A stretch of DNA of 62,735 nt, the filler included, from Choristocarpus tenellus KU-1152 (lineage: Eukaryota; Protista; Phaeophyceae), in assembly GCA_964200185.2 (NCBI GenBank). It is 12 parts of 12 records of this genome, joined end to end, with 100 filler letters (N's around TTAATTAATTAA, not from the genome) between each part and the next. Parts side by side here need not be neighbours in the genome. Positions count along the whole stretch, not along the records: positions 33,568 to 45,396 come from CAXNAD020002116.1; positions 45,497 to 48,465 come from CAXNAD020023279.1; positions 48,566 to 59,295 come from CAXNAD020002755.1; 9 more parts are not named here. The stretch is one strand, 5' to 3'. Below the pieces are notes generated by a model. The model was not told where the DNA came from. It worked only from the letters and a program-made list of their open reading frames with translations, and ran no database searches. Positions 37,425 through 48,659 of the stretch are shown piece after piece. A program made the translations under genes and the position numbers. The first letter of the stretch is position 1. Every line of letters begins with the position of its first letter.

Positions 37425-37589
37425 GCTGGGCAAGTTATTGTTGCTCTTAGAGACGAGGGGAGGTGGGTGGGGATGGGGAGTTGGTTCCTTCCCACAAAAC
37501 AACCATTTCGCGCGCCACATTGCGCGCAATGAGCAAACAGGTTACCCTAACTATAATAAGGGGATCATCCTGCAACCTTGGTGGACGTC
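37425..37589. promoter_or_regulatory. Putative bidirectional promoter (165 bp between divergent start codons) with an E2F-like site
   Basis: Lectin ATG at 37424 (-) and MRPL47 ATG at 37590 (+). TTTCGCGC at 37506-37513 faces GCGCGCAA at 37522-37529. Confidence 0.55.
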
Positions 37590-40500
37590 ATGTTCTTACA
37601 ACGACTCACGCACACCCTGCAACGACATCTCGTCGTGGGAAGAAGCGGTTATGTCTTCCCTAGTAGGGCAGCCCAGGCCCATGTTCCGATCCAGGGAAAG
37701 GTACTCGGTCAGGGCGACTTCAGTTTGCAACGATACTTCGCAACACAAAGAACTGGGATCACAGGACCACTTTCTGCGAGAAAGAGGCTTCCAATGCGAG
37801 GGCTGGAGGAGTTTCTGGAGGGAGAGAAGATTGCGGTGAGGTTTCAACGTATGATGCTCTTATTGTTTGGGTCACTTGCCGGGATGTTTGATCCCAATAT
37901 AGAGCTGAGAACCGATCCCATTTTGCAATGAGACTATACCCCTCTACACCTCTGTACGTGTGCAATATGTCCTCAAACACTCTGAAACTCCATCTCATCT
38001 CGGATGAAAAAATGAGTAGGGACTGATCTTCATTTACTCTCTTCCTCATGTTTATACCATGATATGAAATTCCAACCCTAGAGAATCCCCCATGGAAAGT
38101 ATACAGGAGCGAGTTGCTACTCTCCTTTCAATTTAGGAAACCGCAACAATTCCCAAAACTCACCAATATCTGCTGATCCCCCGATATGCTTGCTATCCGT
38201 TCTGTGTTCGAATGGCAGGCAGGTGACAAACCCGTGACTGGCCGGTCTTGGAGAGTTGGTGAATTGCGGAAGAAGAGCTTTGAGGATCTGCACAAGCTCT
38301 GGTAAGAAGTAGAGTAGGTCCTGAACTCTAACGATGGAAGAAAAACATCTGCAAAATGAGTACAGAAGCACCTTGCACTCTTTGCAAATGGCACATTCAC
38401 GTACCCCTGTGGGGATTTGGAAACTAGGAAAGGACCACCAGAGGACAAATGTTGTGATAGGACGGCGGAGGTGAAGGGGAATATTAGAGTAAAATAGACC
38501 ACCAGATGAAAGGCAACTTGAGTAAGGTGGAGTGGTGCTGAGGAGGGGAAGGAAGTTTCCAGTTTGACAACAGCACCTAGCTGGAAGGACCTGTTCGTGA
38601 AGGGTATAGCGATGCCGGGGTAATGGACAGATAATTGTAGTTTGGTAACGGTGCGCAGCTGGAAGAAAACAACTGTTCATGGAAGACAAGTGGCACTGAT
38701 GAAGGCGTGACCTGTGACCAAGGAGGACAATCCTCTTTACCCATTGTAGCTGTATTGAGTTACTTCCATGATCAGGTGCTCCCCCTCTGGTTGGTTGTCG
38801 TAATGCAACATTTCCTCAACCTTCTCGGTATCACTAATACCAATCCCAAGCATTGTTTCGAGCTGTGTATCCAGCTCACACTGGGACACTCCTTTCATCA
38901 CCTTCCCTGCTTGGCTTCGGAAAGAGGCTGTAAGCAGCAGAGAACCAGACTATGACCTGAACCTTGTTCATCAGTAATCTCGCTTGATCATCCTTCCACT
39001 TCCCTTCCCTCTCCCAGCATGCAGCAACACACTCTAGAGCATGGATACACTTGTGTGAAATCCTTCAATTCGTTTGTCTAATAACACCCACCAAGAAATT
39101 CCCACCCCATCTCACTCACCATTCCACCACCCTGACATACATCCTCAGTGTAAGAAGTGTCACTTCCCAAGCACTTTGAAGTATCTTTCCTCTCTTGTTC
39201 GAAGAAGGATCTGTAAACCCGAGCAAAGATTGTTGATTCCTCCTCCTGAACATCTTCCCCAGCACATAGAGAACCAGTGCCTATTTTGGCATTTTCCCCA
39301 TTATGAGGTGTAAGAGATAAGACTTGCTGCAATATGTTGTTGACAATGTTGATACTTCCGCTATTGATTTCATTGCCAAAGAAATGGTGTACAAAGCACA
39401 ACCACAATTTTTGTGCTTTTTCGAGAAGGGGGGAACGGGGAGGTGAGGGCAAACTCAAGAACTTGTAGGCCGTTGTGTAGCGCGGCAAATCAGTTCTGTC
39501 TTGATGTGTAGTAGATTTTTTGGGGGACGTTGTTGTTCAGTTACTGCACATCATGTGTGTGGCCGTTGCTAAGTTATGGATGAGGTCGATACATATGTGA
39601 TCTAGTTGGACATCCCCCGTTCCACTCCTCTATGCCCTACACCCAACCCCACCCAATGCACAACCTTTCGCTCATGTATGCTCCCTGCACCTTCTGGGTG
39701 TTGGGGGATGGGGGTGGGGGGGGTTCTGCTGTTGTTGGCTATACCATTAGGTTTGTGCTCTACAAAGAGAAAAACATGCTGCTGACCGAGCGACTGCGAG
39801 CAAGGCGAAACAATGCTGGCCTTATAGCAGGAGAACGAAGACAGAAGGTGAGCAAATCATGAACCAAAAGTGCTCACCTATGAGCCTGTGCAAGGGGCCT
39901 CCAAGAAAAGTGGGAAAGAGATGTGAGGATGAGGGTAGAAGGGAGAAATGAGTAGTCCATGTTATATGGGAAGAGCTTGCTCTTCTTCCGGCTCACTATT
40001 CAAATCATCACCATTAACATTAACATTGCCTAGACAATGTGTGTTGCAAGCCAGCCTTTGGCTTCTCTGGCAGACAGTCATTATTGAGTTTAACTGGCTA
40101 AATCTTCTATTTCAACACCTCAATATTGTCTCGGTTGTCTTGGGTCAGAGGAACATGTACATTGGGTGGTCAATGATACTTTGCTTGAATGCTGCTCAGG
40201 ATTTGATGGTAGAGATTTTCCTTGATTGCTGTATTTTTGTGTATATTTGTTCACACATGGTCCATGCATACTTCCCACTGAAATAAACATACAGCTTTTT
40301 ATGTGTGTCTTTTTACCGGAGTCACCACATAGACCCATTCATCTCCACCAACCTAAGAAGAAGGCAGTACTTCTCTACAAAACCATCTGTTGCACTGAAC
40401 AATCCACGCATGCTTTTGTTTGCTTTCATCTTAGTGGAGTGTGCCGTAGGCATACTTGAACATGTTACTTCAAAACACAAAACATGACTTGCCTTTGATT

Positions 40501-41341
40501 ACTTCAGAGCAGGTTCCTCTTTTTTGAGTACGTTGTTTAAATGCTGCCGTATCTCTACCAGCAGTCCAAAACCAAGTAAATTATTTCAAGATGAAGTTTT
40601 GGCTCTTTTTGTTCGACATCCCAGTGATCATGTTTTGCGTGGCTTTGTCATCAACCAGGTCAGGTCTTTCTATTGTGATACATGGGCTCTACAATCGAAT
40701 CTTTTTTGTTTGGTGCTCTGATTGAGATGTGCTTGTCAGACTGCGACCACTGAAAGATCCTTTCTGCCATCGGCATGTTTTTGACAACAAATCTGATTGC
40801 TTTCTACCTCACAAAGTCTGTGCACCTTGTGGAAGCTCTTGAAGTCATGCCATACAAAGTTCACACTTGCTTGGAATGGTTTGAACCTCAATATTTCAAG
40901 CAGAAGGCTGCCACTCCTTGGTGTTTTTTGCCCTCTCAATTTTTTTTTCTTTCAAAAATGATCTCACTTTTGTGATGCATGCTGCTGGGCTGGGAAAACA
41001 GTATCTGCATTGCATCCTTGGAAGTATCAAATAACACCTGATAAATTCGCATGGAGTTTAAAGTTGTGAGATTTTATGTGTTGGCGTTTGTTGTTGTGAC
41101 TATTCAAGGAGCAATGTGATTTCCATTTTTTTTCTTGCATTGTGTGAAGGTGAAGCGATCTATGAAATCGATCAGGACTGTTGTTGGAGAGAGACAGAGA
41201 GTCAAGCAAGCAGCCCTGGCTGAGCGACAGAGGCTGAAAAAGCTGGAGCAAGAGCAGGAAGAGGCTAAGGCATTATCAGTAGCAGCGGCAGATGCTAAGG
41301 GGTCTGGGCGTGATGGAGATGTTGAGACAACCCGGCAATGA
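37590..41341 (+). CDS. MRPL47: Mitochondrial ribosomal protein uL29m/L47, complete, 4 exons, ~205 aa
   Basis: Exons 37590-37835, 38219-38301, 39751-39847 and 41150-41341. Arg-rich presequence, [60 protein letters not shown]. Confidence 0.95.
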
Positions 41342-43699
41342 AATAGTTATGAAACACTCCTCACCCACCTCGACCTCAACCCACCACATATATCTGAGTG
41401 TAGAAGTGAGGGAGAGATGGTGGGGGGTGCAATCTTTGCTTTGTTAATTCCTGTGTTCTGCACCAACAAGGATGGTTGGGCTTATCTCTGGGACCATGGG
41501 GGGTGGTGGTGTGGGCAATAGACATGTTGTAACTGGAGTGATAGGTGTGACTAATAGCTTGATGTGAGGATATCAAGTTGGAGACAGAAGGGCTTTTGAG
41601 AATTGTCTTTGTGGAAGAAACGTGATGAGTAGTATGAAAGAGTTAAGTTGGTCTATGATTCACATCACCAAGGACGGGTGTGGCTAAGTTGAAGGCTTAT
41701 TTAGTATGAGGAACTTGTGCCTACCCCACCCAGCTAATGTGTCTTTTCCTTGAAAACCCGAATGGTCTCTGTGGACAAGCATGCATAAGGAGAAGGGTTT
41801 CGGCCCTCGAGATTTTCTTCCTGACCACCCGTGACCTCCTTCAATCATTTAAAGTTGGTGCACTGCTCAATTGCAAACTTCATTGGGGTTTGGTCTCTTT
41901 TCTTTTCTTTTAGCGCTATTCAGAACACATTACATCTTTTGGACTGCTGTACTTCTGAAGTAGGGTGATTTGACTGGGTTCATAATTATCCAAGGTATTG
42001 CACTATGAGAGGCATTATTCTCAACTGTGCGACAACATCAGGTTTCATCCAAAGTCAACTACTAATCTTCCCACAGATAGTCTGCATACTACATGGTGCG
42101 TGTGTGTGTGTGCGTGTGTTTGGACGTTTCATACACATATGAGGCAGTTCTTTTGTTGGAACAGGGGCACACAGAACCATACAGTCGCAACAACAGTAGT
42201 GATTTGTTCAATGCTAGAGTGAAGCCATGCTTGGCAGATTGCAGCTATTGAAAGATCCTACCTGGGCATTTTTTGCAAGGAATCCGGTGATCTCCATCTC
42301 ACACTATCCTTCATCTTGTGGGAGTTCTCAAATCAACGATGCATTACTCCTAATTAAACAAGTTTTTGGTTAGCAATCGTGTGTACTGGGGCATCTACAC
42401 ACGTTTTCCAGGAGAGTGTAATAGTATGCTGTGACCAACATATCACTAGGGACATACTGTTGTTCTTCAAGGAAAGATGAATGGGGTTTGAAGATACTTC
42501 AACACAACTTACTTTATACTGCACTTATCATTGCTCCCCACTCTCAAACCCTGTTACGTTTGGAGGTCAAATCAGGCAAAGCAGATGACAGACAAATCTA
42601 GCAAAACGCAATATATGTTAACCTGTACCATTTCTTCCAAGCAATGTACACACCTCAGAAAACAAAATGCCAAATGGTATCAATAGAGGTACCCTAGAAA
42701 ATTTGAGCATATTCACACTGTGACAGATGTTATCCGTGTGCTCAGTCGCATTAGTTTTGGAGGTACTCTTTGACACTCTTGCTTTATTATCATCCATTAT
42801 CAGCAAATTTTTAGTTCCATTTGGTTTGTTTTCTGTGAAGTAGCCCACTTCCTTATTATTCTATTTATTGTTTAACACCTCACAATAGTTCCCTCTTCTT
42901 AAATGTAGAGAAGAGGTACAACAAAAAAAATGACAAATGAATGTAGTTCAAAAAAGTGAAATCATGCATTCATTTGCAAGGCACACAATCAAGCCTATTT
43001 GCTCTATTGAGTCCATTGTCATGGTCACTGCTCTGGGTCACTTGCCCTGTATGTCCTATGCCCATTGCTCAGGAAACGCTTGAGTCAATTCAGCCTGTAA
43101 TATACATTGACTAGTACAATACTTGAGACTCTTTGTTATGTGATGTCTGCTATCAATGTAATACTACTGTAGTGCCAAACATTTATTTGTTGCATGAGAC
43201 TACATTGTCAACATATGCTGTCTTGAGATAAGAGTCATTAGGAAGGCTAGAAATTGAATTCAAGACAAGAGAAATTCAACCCCAGTTTCGAACAGCCCAT
43301 TTATCCATCTTGCATCCTCTCAAACATGCATCTTGCATGAACATGTGCCATACCAATTTTCTCACAATCTTGGCACACAGGCGCTCCTGAACAGGGCTTA
43401 CATTGTAGAGACTAATTCTCCAATACTGGGGTAGTCACATTTCCAAGCACTAAAGTGGTTTGTTCTCTGTCCCCTCATCTCTACCTCCCACACCACATTT
43501 GTGACGGGGCGGAACTCATCTCATGGTTATATTACAAGTTTTAAAACCTGAATTATCCACCCTCTGCCACCATGAGTAATTTCTAGTATGTTATGATACA
43601 GTACACAGCAATATTTGGGTGAGTGAGACAACAACCACATACTTGGCACACAACACTTGAAATGATCTTGTACCCATCTTAGTGCATCAAAAACCCTAT

Positions 43700-44900
43700 T
43701 TTGTTCTCAAAAACTTGGGAAAAGACACTCAGATGCATCACAATGAGAGCTAAAGGTGTGCAGCCCAGAAGTGTCTCCCCCACCCCCGCTGACATGCCGC
43801 CATCCAACCAAACCCCAATGCCCTACTGAACCTTGCCAACAATTAACCAATGTATCTGTTAGCTGAGGCCTTGATTGGTAAAGACTGCAGGTTTGTCATG
43901 GAAGACAAATGATGGAAAGGCGTGTGTGAACCCAGCAGTGTTAAAAACGTCATACGAGCTATTATACTGCATTCCTGTCTATTGAGTGGTCACCCTACCC
44001 TCATGTTTGTGCTGTCACTCATCATCTCCTAAATTCCCTCCAACAGAGTAACACCTCAAGTCCAGTGACTCTTTCACCCTTTGCAGTATCACCTCTCCTA
44101 GACAGAAACAACAGACCTAACTAATCAAACTCCATCCCCGAGGCATCACCAAGTTTGCATTCAACAGCTCCCTCCAGCACTCATGAGCTGCTTTAATTCT
44201 GTCTTTCAATGATGTAATCTGCAATGGCCAACAAGGGTGTTGCACGCTCTCCGTAGCCATCAAGGGCCTTATACGCCTCTTCTACAAGCCTGTTAAGAAA
44301 ACCCCCAGAAAATCACAGGGTTGGGGAATCCAAAGAAAAAATAAGAGATTTCACCAGGAATGACATGGTAAGACAGGTAGAATGTTCTAGACTCGAGGGA
44401 AAGGATGCATATAGAAAGAAGTGGAAGTTATCTTGGTCATGTGACACACCAGAGGCAATACAATTACATCGACCTTTTAGCAACATTACCAATCAACAAA
44501 ATTACCTTGAAAATGGAAACTACACAACAGGGTCTTCAGAAAGACCACACAAGATGATCCTCCCCCACCCCCACACAAAATATGTGCATAGGTAAGTCGA
44601 CTTGGTATCAAGTTTGAGCGCCAAAGTGTCCGAAGAGGAATGAAACCCTCGTACAAAAAAGCACCTCAATTTTCCACACACCTCTTAGCCTCCACCTTGG
44701 CCCCCTCCAGTCCCATCAGCTTAACATAGGTTGTCTTGCTTACTGCCTCATCCTGAAGTCGAAACAGGTTGCAGCCGAGAGGATTTGATCCAACACAACA
44801 TCAGGTGCACTGCAAGATTCACAAAGAAACTATGATGAACAATGCCCTGTAAGACCAATTATCAGTGCAATGCAAGCCAGAACTACAGTCAACAGCCTCT
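43700..44900 (-). mobile_element. Heavily decayed LINE-like 3' fragment (tentative)
   Basis: Scattered remnants (RLVEEAYKA, HWL…W) resemble LINE ORF2 C-termini. No intact motif. Confidence 0.3.
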
Positions 44901-45322
44901 CCCATCCCAAAACAAAACAGACATCCCTCCCTGCAAAGGAGAGGAACACCTCACCTCAACAAAAAAAGTATGATCTCAATGGGAAATATATACAGGAGAA
45001 GGAAAGAGAAACCAGGTGAACAAAATAATACTTCATATGTGCAATCTAGATCGCCACTCCAGCAGTCACCATCAATCGTTAAACTTTTGATTCACAAGAC
45101 CTAATGGAATAGATAAATTATTGACAGCAAAACTATTATGCAATATCAAACCTTTTGTAATATTTTTTTATTGTAAATTTTGTGTAATACAGTCCAGGCA
45201 GGTCAACTGTTTTCTTCCTATTTTTGTAATCTATATATGTTGTATCATGTATAATAAAAACTTGATTTTCTTCCTCTTCTATCCTGGATAAGTTGAATTA
45301 TGACCAGGGGGTCAAAGTATCT

Positions 45323-45359
<37 letters not shown>

Positions 45360-45533
45360 CGAAAAAAACCACAAGGTATTTTTAACCCCCCAAAACNNNN
45401 NNNNNNNNNNNNNNNNNNNNNNNNNNNNNNNNNNNNNNNNTTAATTAATTAANNNNNNNNNNNNNNNNNNNNNNNNNNNNNNNNNNNNNNNNNNNNCCCC
45501 CCCCCTTCTCCACTCCCGATCTGTCCTTGACAG

Positions 45534-46908
45534 GACTATAGAGGAGGATGCAAAGCAGGTAAGGAATCTACTGAAAAAGGAAAAGGCAAAGCGTAAAAAG
45601 CTGGAGGCACTTGGGATCAGCTTTGACTTCCCAGGCTTCAAGGCCAGCCTTCAGCAGCGGAAAACGGCAGCACCAGAACTGGAGGTGCGTATATATAGCC
45701 TACAATGGTTGCAACCTTCCGTGGTTTACCTTTTGAGAGCATCACTCCTGACGAACGGAGAGGGTATGGGGCGGGAGGTTTCAGCACAGTGAGACTTTCG
45801 TCATGGTAGGAGGATATCAGTAGAGAGTGATTTGTGCAAGAGATGGGAATTATATGCATAAAGACCCTTGAAACGTAAGTTACATCGCATTTCATCTGGG
45901 TTAGATTTGAGTTGATCGCATGAATAAGAGTGCTTGGGTAGGGGGTGGTGAGTGGATTCTGCTGTCACTGTGATTTCAGGCGCGCACTATGAAGTCATGT
46001 TTTTGATGGCTTGAATAATGGTGCTTACATCATGAGTTTGAAAAAAAATCTCGTGAGTGTGTTATCATGCTTGTGTCATGTATTTTACATTCCTAGGGGA
46101 AGTGATGTCTATGTACGAGCTGTATCAAGTGTGCTCAGGGCTGCTCCTCTCTCAACTCCTGTGTGCAAGGGCTATTGCTGCAAACGTTTTTCCCACGAGA
46201 GATGAAGCATGGTGTTTTTTGCATGCTTATCTGGGGGGGTGCACCCTGATGGGCGCCCCGCCCTCACTTGGTTTTGAGGGGGGGCTAAAATGCTTGTTCC
46301 GACACGAGTGTTTCTGAATGTCAAGCCTTTATTATAGGTTTCCTAAACGACTTCTTTCCTGAAATTATATTAAATGGGGTGAGGGTACTTTGCTAGAAAT
46401 TGGAGATATAACATTGAATAGATTGTGTTCTGGTACTGATACTTGTTTTGAATTGTAGGTGTCCCGACAAAAATCACTTTTTTTCAACATGTATCACAAA
46501 CAACTTGCGCAGTATATATTGTAGGACCATTCAAGCACAAGAAAAAAAATCAGCACAGACTCAATTCAATATTCCCCCTTCCTCCCCCCTGCCCCCCCCT
46601 CTCAATATCTTTCCCTGCGTCCTACCTCCTTGCACCATGTGTGACCTACCCTTCTGTGTAACTTGTTACTCCATGCCTCCCAGAAAGCAACTATGGTTGC
46701 AAATGATACAGGCAATGAAGTTGCTGACGCCATCATGGAGTTGAAGGGGGATGTGAAAAAATGTCCTGAAGACATGGTTGTGAATGAGGGGGTGAAAAAA
46801 TCTCCCAGAAGTGAGGTTGCGAAAGAGGAAAATGTGGAAGGGGGTGTGAAAAAATCTCCCAAGAATCGGAAGAAAAGGCGACCTTCATCTATTGAGGTCG
46901 AACCCTAG
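45534..46908 (+). CDS. NIFK: Nucleolar protein NIFK/Nop15 (MKI67IP), last two exons
   Basis: Exon 45534-45684 encodes RNLLKKEKAKRKKLEALGISFDFPGF, the typical Nop15/NIFK C-terminal motif. Exon 46684-46908 is a charged tail ending in TAG. Confidence 0.8.
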
Positions 46909-47664
46909 TATTCAACTGGAGTCTCACTCACCATGCGCCACTGCTGCACACGGAAATACACCTGATCATTAGATGGACCAAAAGGATAGGTATTGATACT
47001 TCCCTGTGTGCCTCCTTAAGAACTAATCTCTTGTATGCAAATATTAGCATCAAACATGGAAAGATCAACTATTATGGGACTAGGCAAGTAACCTTCTTGG
47101 ACCAACCTGCAATGGATTCAGACACTCACAAAACCTGTATTATTTATCTACTATCAAATGCGTAAACTAAGGAGCTTGCCAATGAACATATCGATCAATG
47201 CTATGACATCAAGGCAACCAAGTCTTTTCTACCCACCTGCAGTAAACGGCCTTCGATGCTGTGGGTCCTTGAGATGTTCTTTGAAACAATCCATTGTGGC
47301 AGATGACCTTTATATACTGGTGCAGTGCTGGCTCCCTGGGCCGACATCCACTTCATTTCAAATTCCCCCACTTTGCCGAAGCTTACTTAGGACAAGTGTG
47401 CTATGGGAAAAACAAAAATCTACCAACCAATGGTCGCATCTCCCAAATGTGTGGAGAGTGTGCACAGCGAGGTAAAATCATTAGTCCACCAAATCATAAC
47501 TCATAGGCTAAGGCCTACAACTACAATCCGTAACAAACACCTAACCTTACTAGCTATCCACCCACCCCCAACAACAAAATAGAGACTACAATCATTGCAA
47601 AGGATAGCCATTTCAACACTCTAGCAGACCCGCAGTCAAAACAGTCACCAACCCCAATAAAAAC

Positions 47665-48465
47665 TTAGACCCTTGAGCGCTTTGCACCACTCTTAACGGT
47701 CTTCTTGGCCCTCACAACACTGTGGGTAGTCTCTGCACCTTCCAGAACCTCAGTCTCAGATGCCTTTTGCTTACCCCCCCCAGCAACCTTCTCAGTATCG
47801 CTCCTCACCGTCCCTTGTCCATTCTGTGTCAAGTTAGTCTGAACCTCATCCTCAACGCTGTTCCTCTTAGCAGCTGGGGATTGGCTCTTGCCACGCTTCT
47901 TTTTCTTCTTCTTTGACACTGAACCGTCCAAGCCGGGAGACTCCATCATCTCAGCACTTGGCATTTCTTTGGCTTGTTGATCTGGAGCTGTTGCAGCCTC
48001 TGACTCAACCTGTGTGGGTTTTGGTGTCAAAGCTGGCACTGTTGGCACAGCCTCACCTGCTTTGTCCCCATTCCCTGCTATTGTTGCTTGCTTCTTTTTC
48101 TTCTTCTTTGACACTGAACCGTCCAAGCCGGGAGACTCCATCATCTCAGCACTTGGCATTTCTTTGGCTTGTTGATATGGAGCTGTTGCAGCCTCTGACT
48201 CAACCTGTGTGGGTTTTGGTGTCAAAGCTGGCACTGTTGGCACAGCCTCACCTGCTTTGTCCCCATTCCCTGCTATTGTTGCATGCTTCTTTTTCTTCTT
48301 CTTTGACACTGAACCAGCCAAGCCAGGAGACTCCATCGTCTCAGCACTTGGCATTTCTTTGGCTTGTTGATCTGGAGCTGTTGCAGCCTCTGACTCAACC
48401 TGTGTGGGTTTTGGTGTCAAAGCTGGCACTGTTGGCACAGCCTCACCTGCTTTGTCCCCATTCCC
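47665..48465 (-). CDS. C-terminal exon of a Lys-rich protein with near-identical 60-aa (180-bp) tandem repeats
   Basis: Stop-free frame with three copies of GNGDKAGEAVPTVPALTPKPTQVESEAATAPDQQAKEMPSAEMMESPGLDGSVSKKKKKK and a basic tail to TAA. The contig breaks inside the array. Confidence 0.7.
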   Translation of the reverse strand, partial: GNGDKAGEAVPTVPALTPKPTQVESEAATAPDQQAKEMPSAETMESPGLAGSVSKKKKKKHATIAGNGDKAGEAVPTVPALTPKPTQVESEAATAPYQQAKEMPSAEMMESPGLDGSVSKKKKKKQATIAGNGDKAGEAVPTVPALTPKPTQVESEAATAPDQQAKEMPSAEMMESPGLDGSVSKKKKKKRGKSQSPAAKRNSVEDEVQTNLTQNGQGTVRSDTEKVAGGGKQKASETEVLEGAETTHSVVRAKKTVKSGAKRSRV

Positions 48466-48659
48466 NNNNNNNNNNNNNNNNNNNNNNNNNNNNNNNNNNN
48501 NNNNNNNNNTTAATTAATTAANNNNNNNNNNNNNNNNNNNNNNNNNNNNNNNNNNNNNNNNNNNNCATTCGAAGCGGTGGTCGATTCCCTAACCCACCAC
48601 CCCTTCAACCACTTTTTCCCCTCCCCCTCCCCCCCCCCCTTCCTTCCCAGCGAATCACC

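Noticed and set aside
38500-39500. Possible DIRS/Ngaro RNase H remnant in MRPL47 intron 2
   Set aside because: Only a vague HALE-like resemblance; too decayed to support.
40500-40940. Possible Tc1 N-terminal remnant in MRPL47 intron 3
   Set aside because: No catalytic motif or TIRs identifiable.
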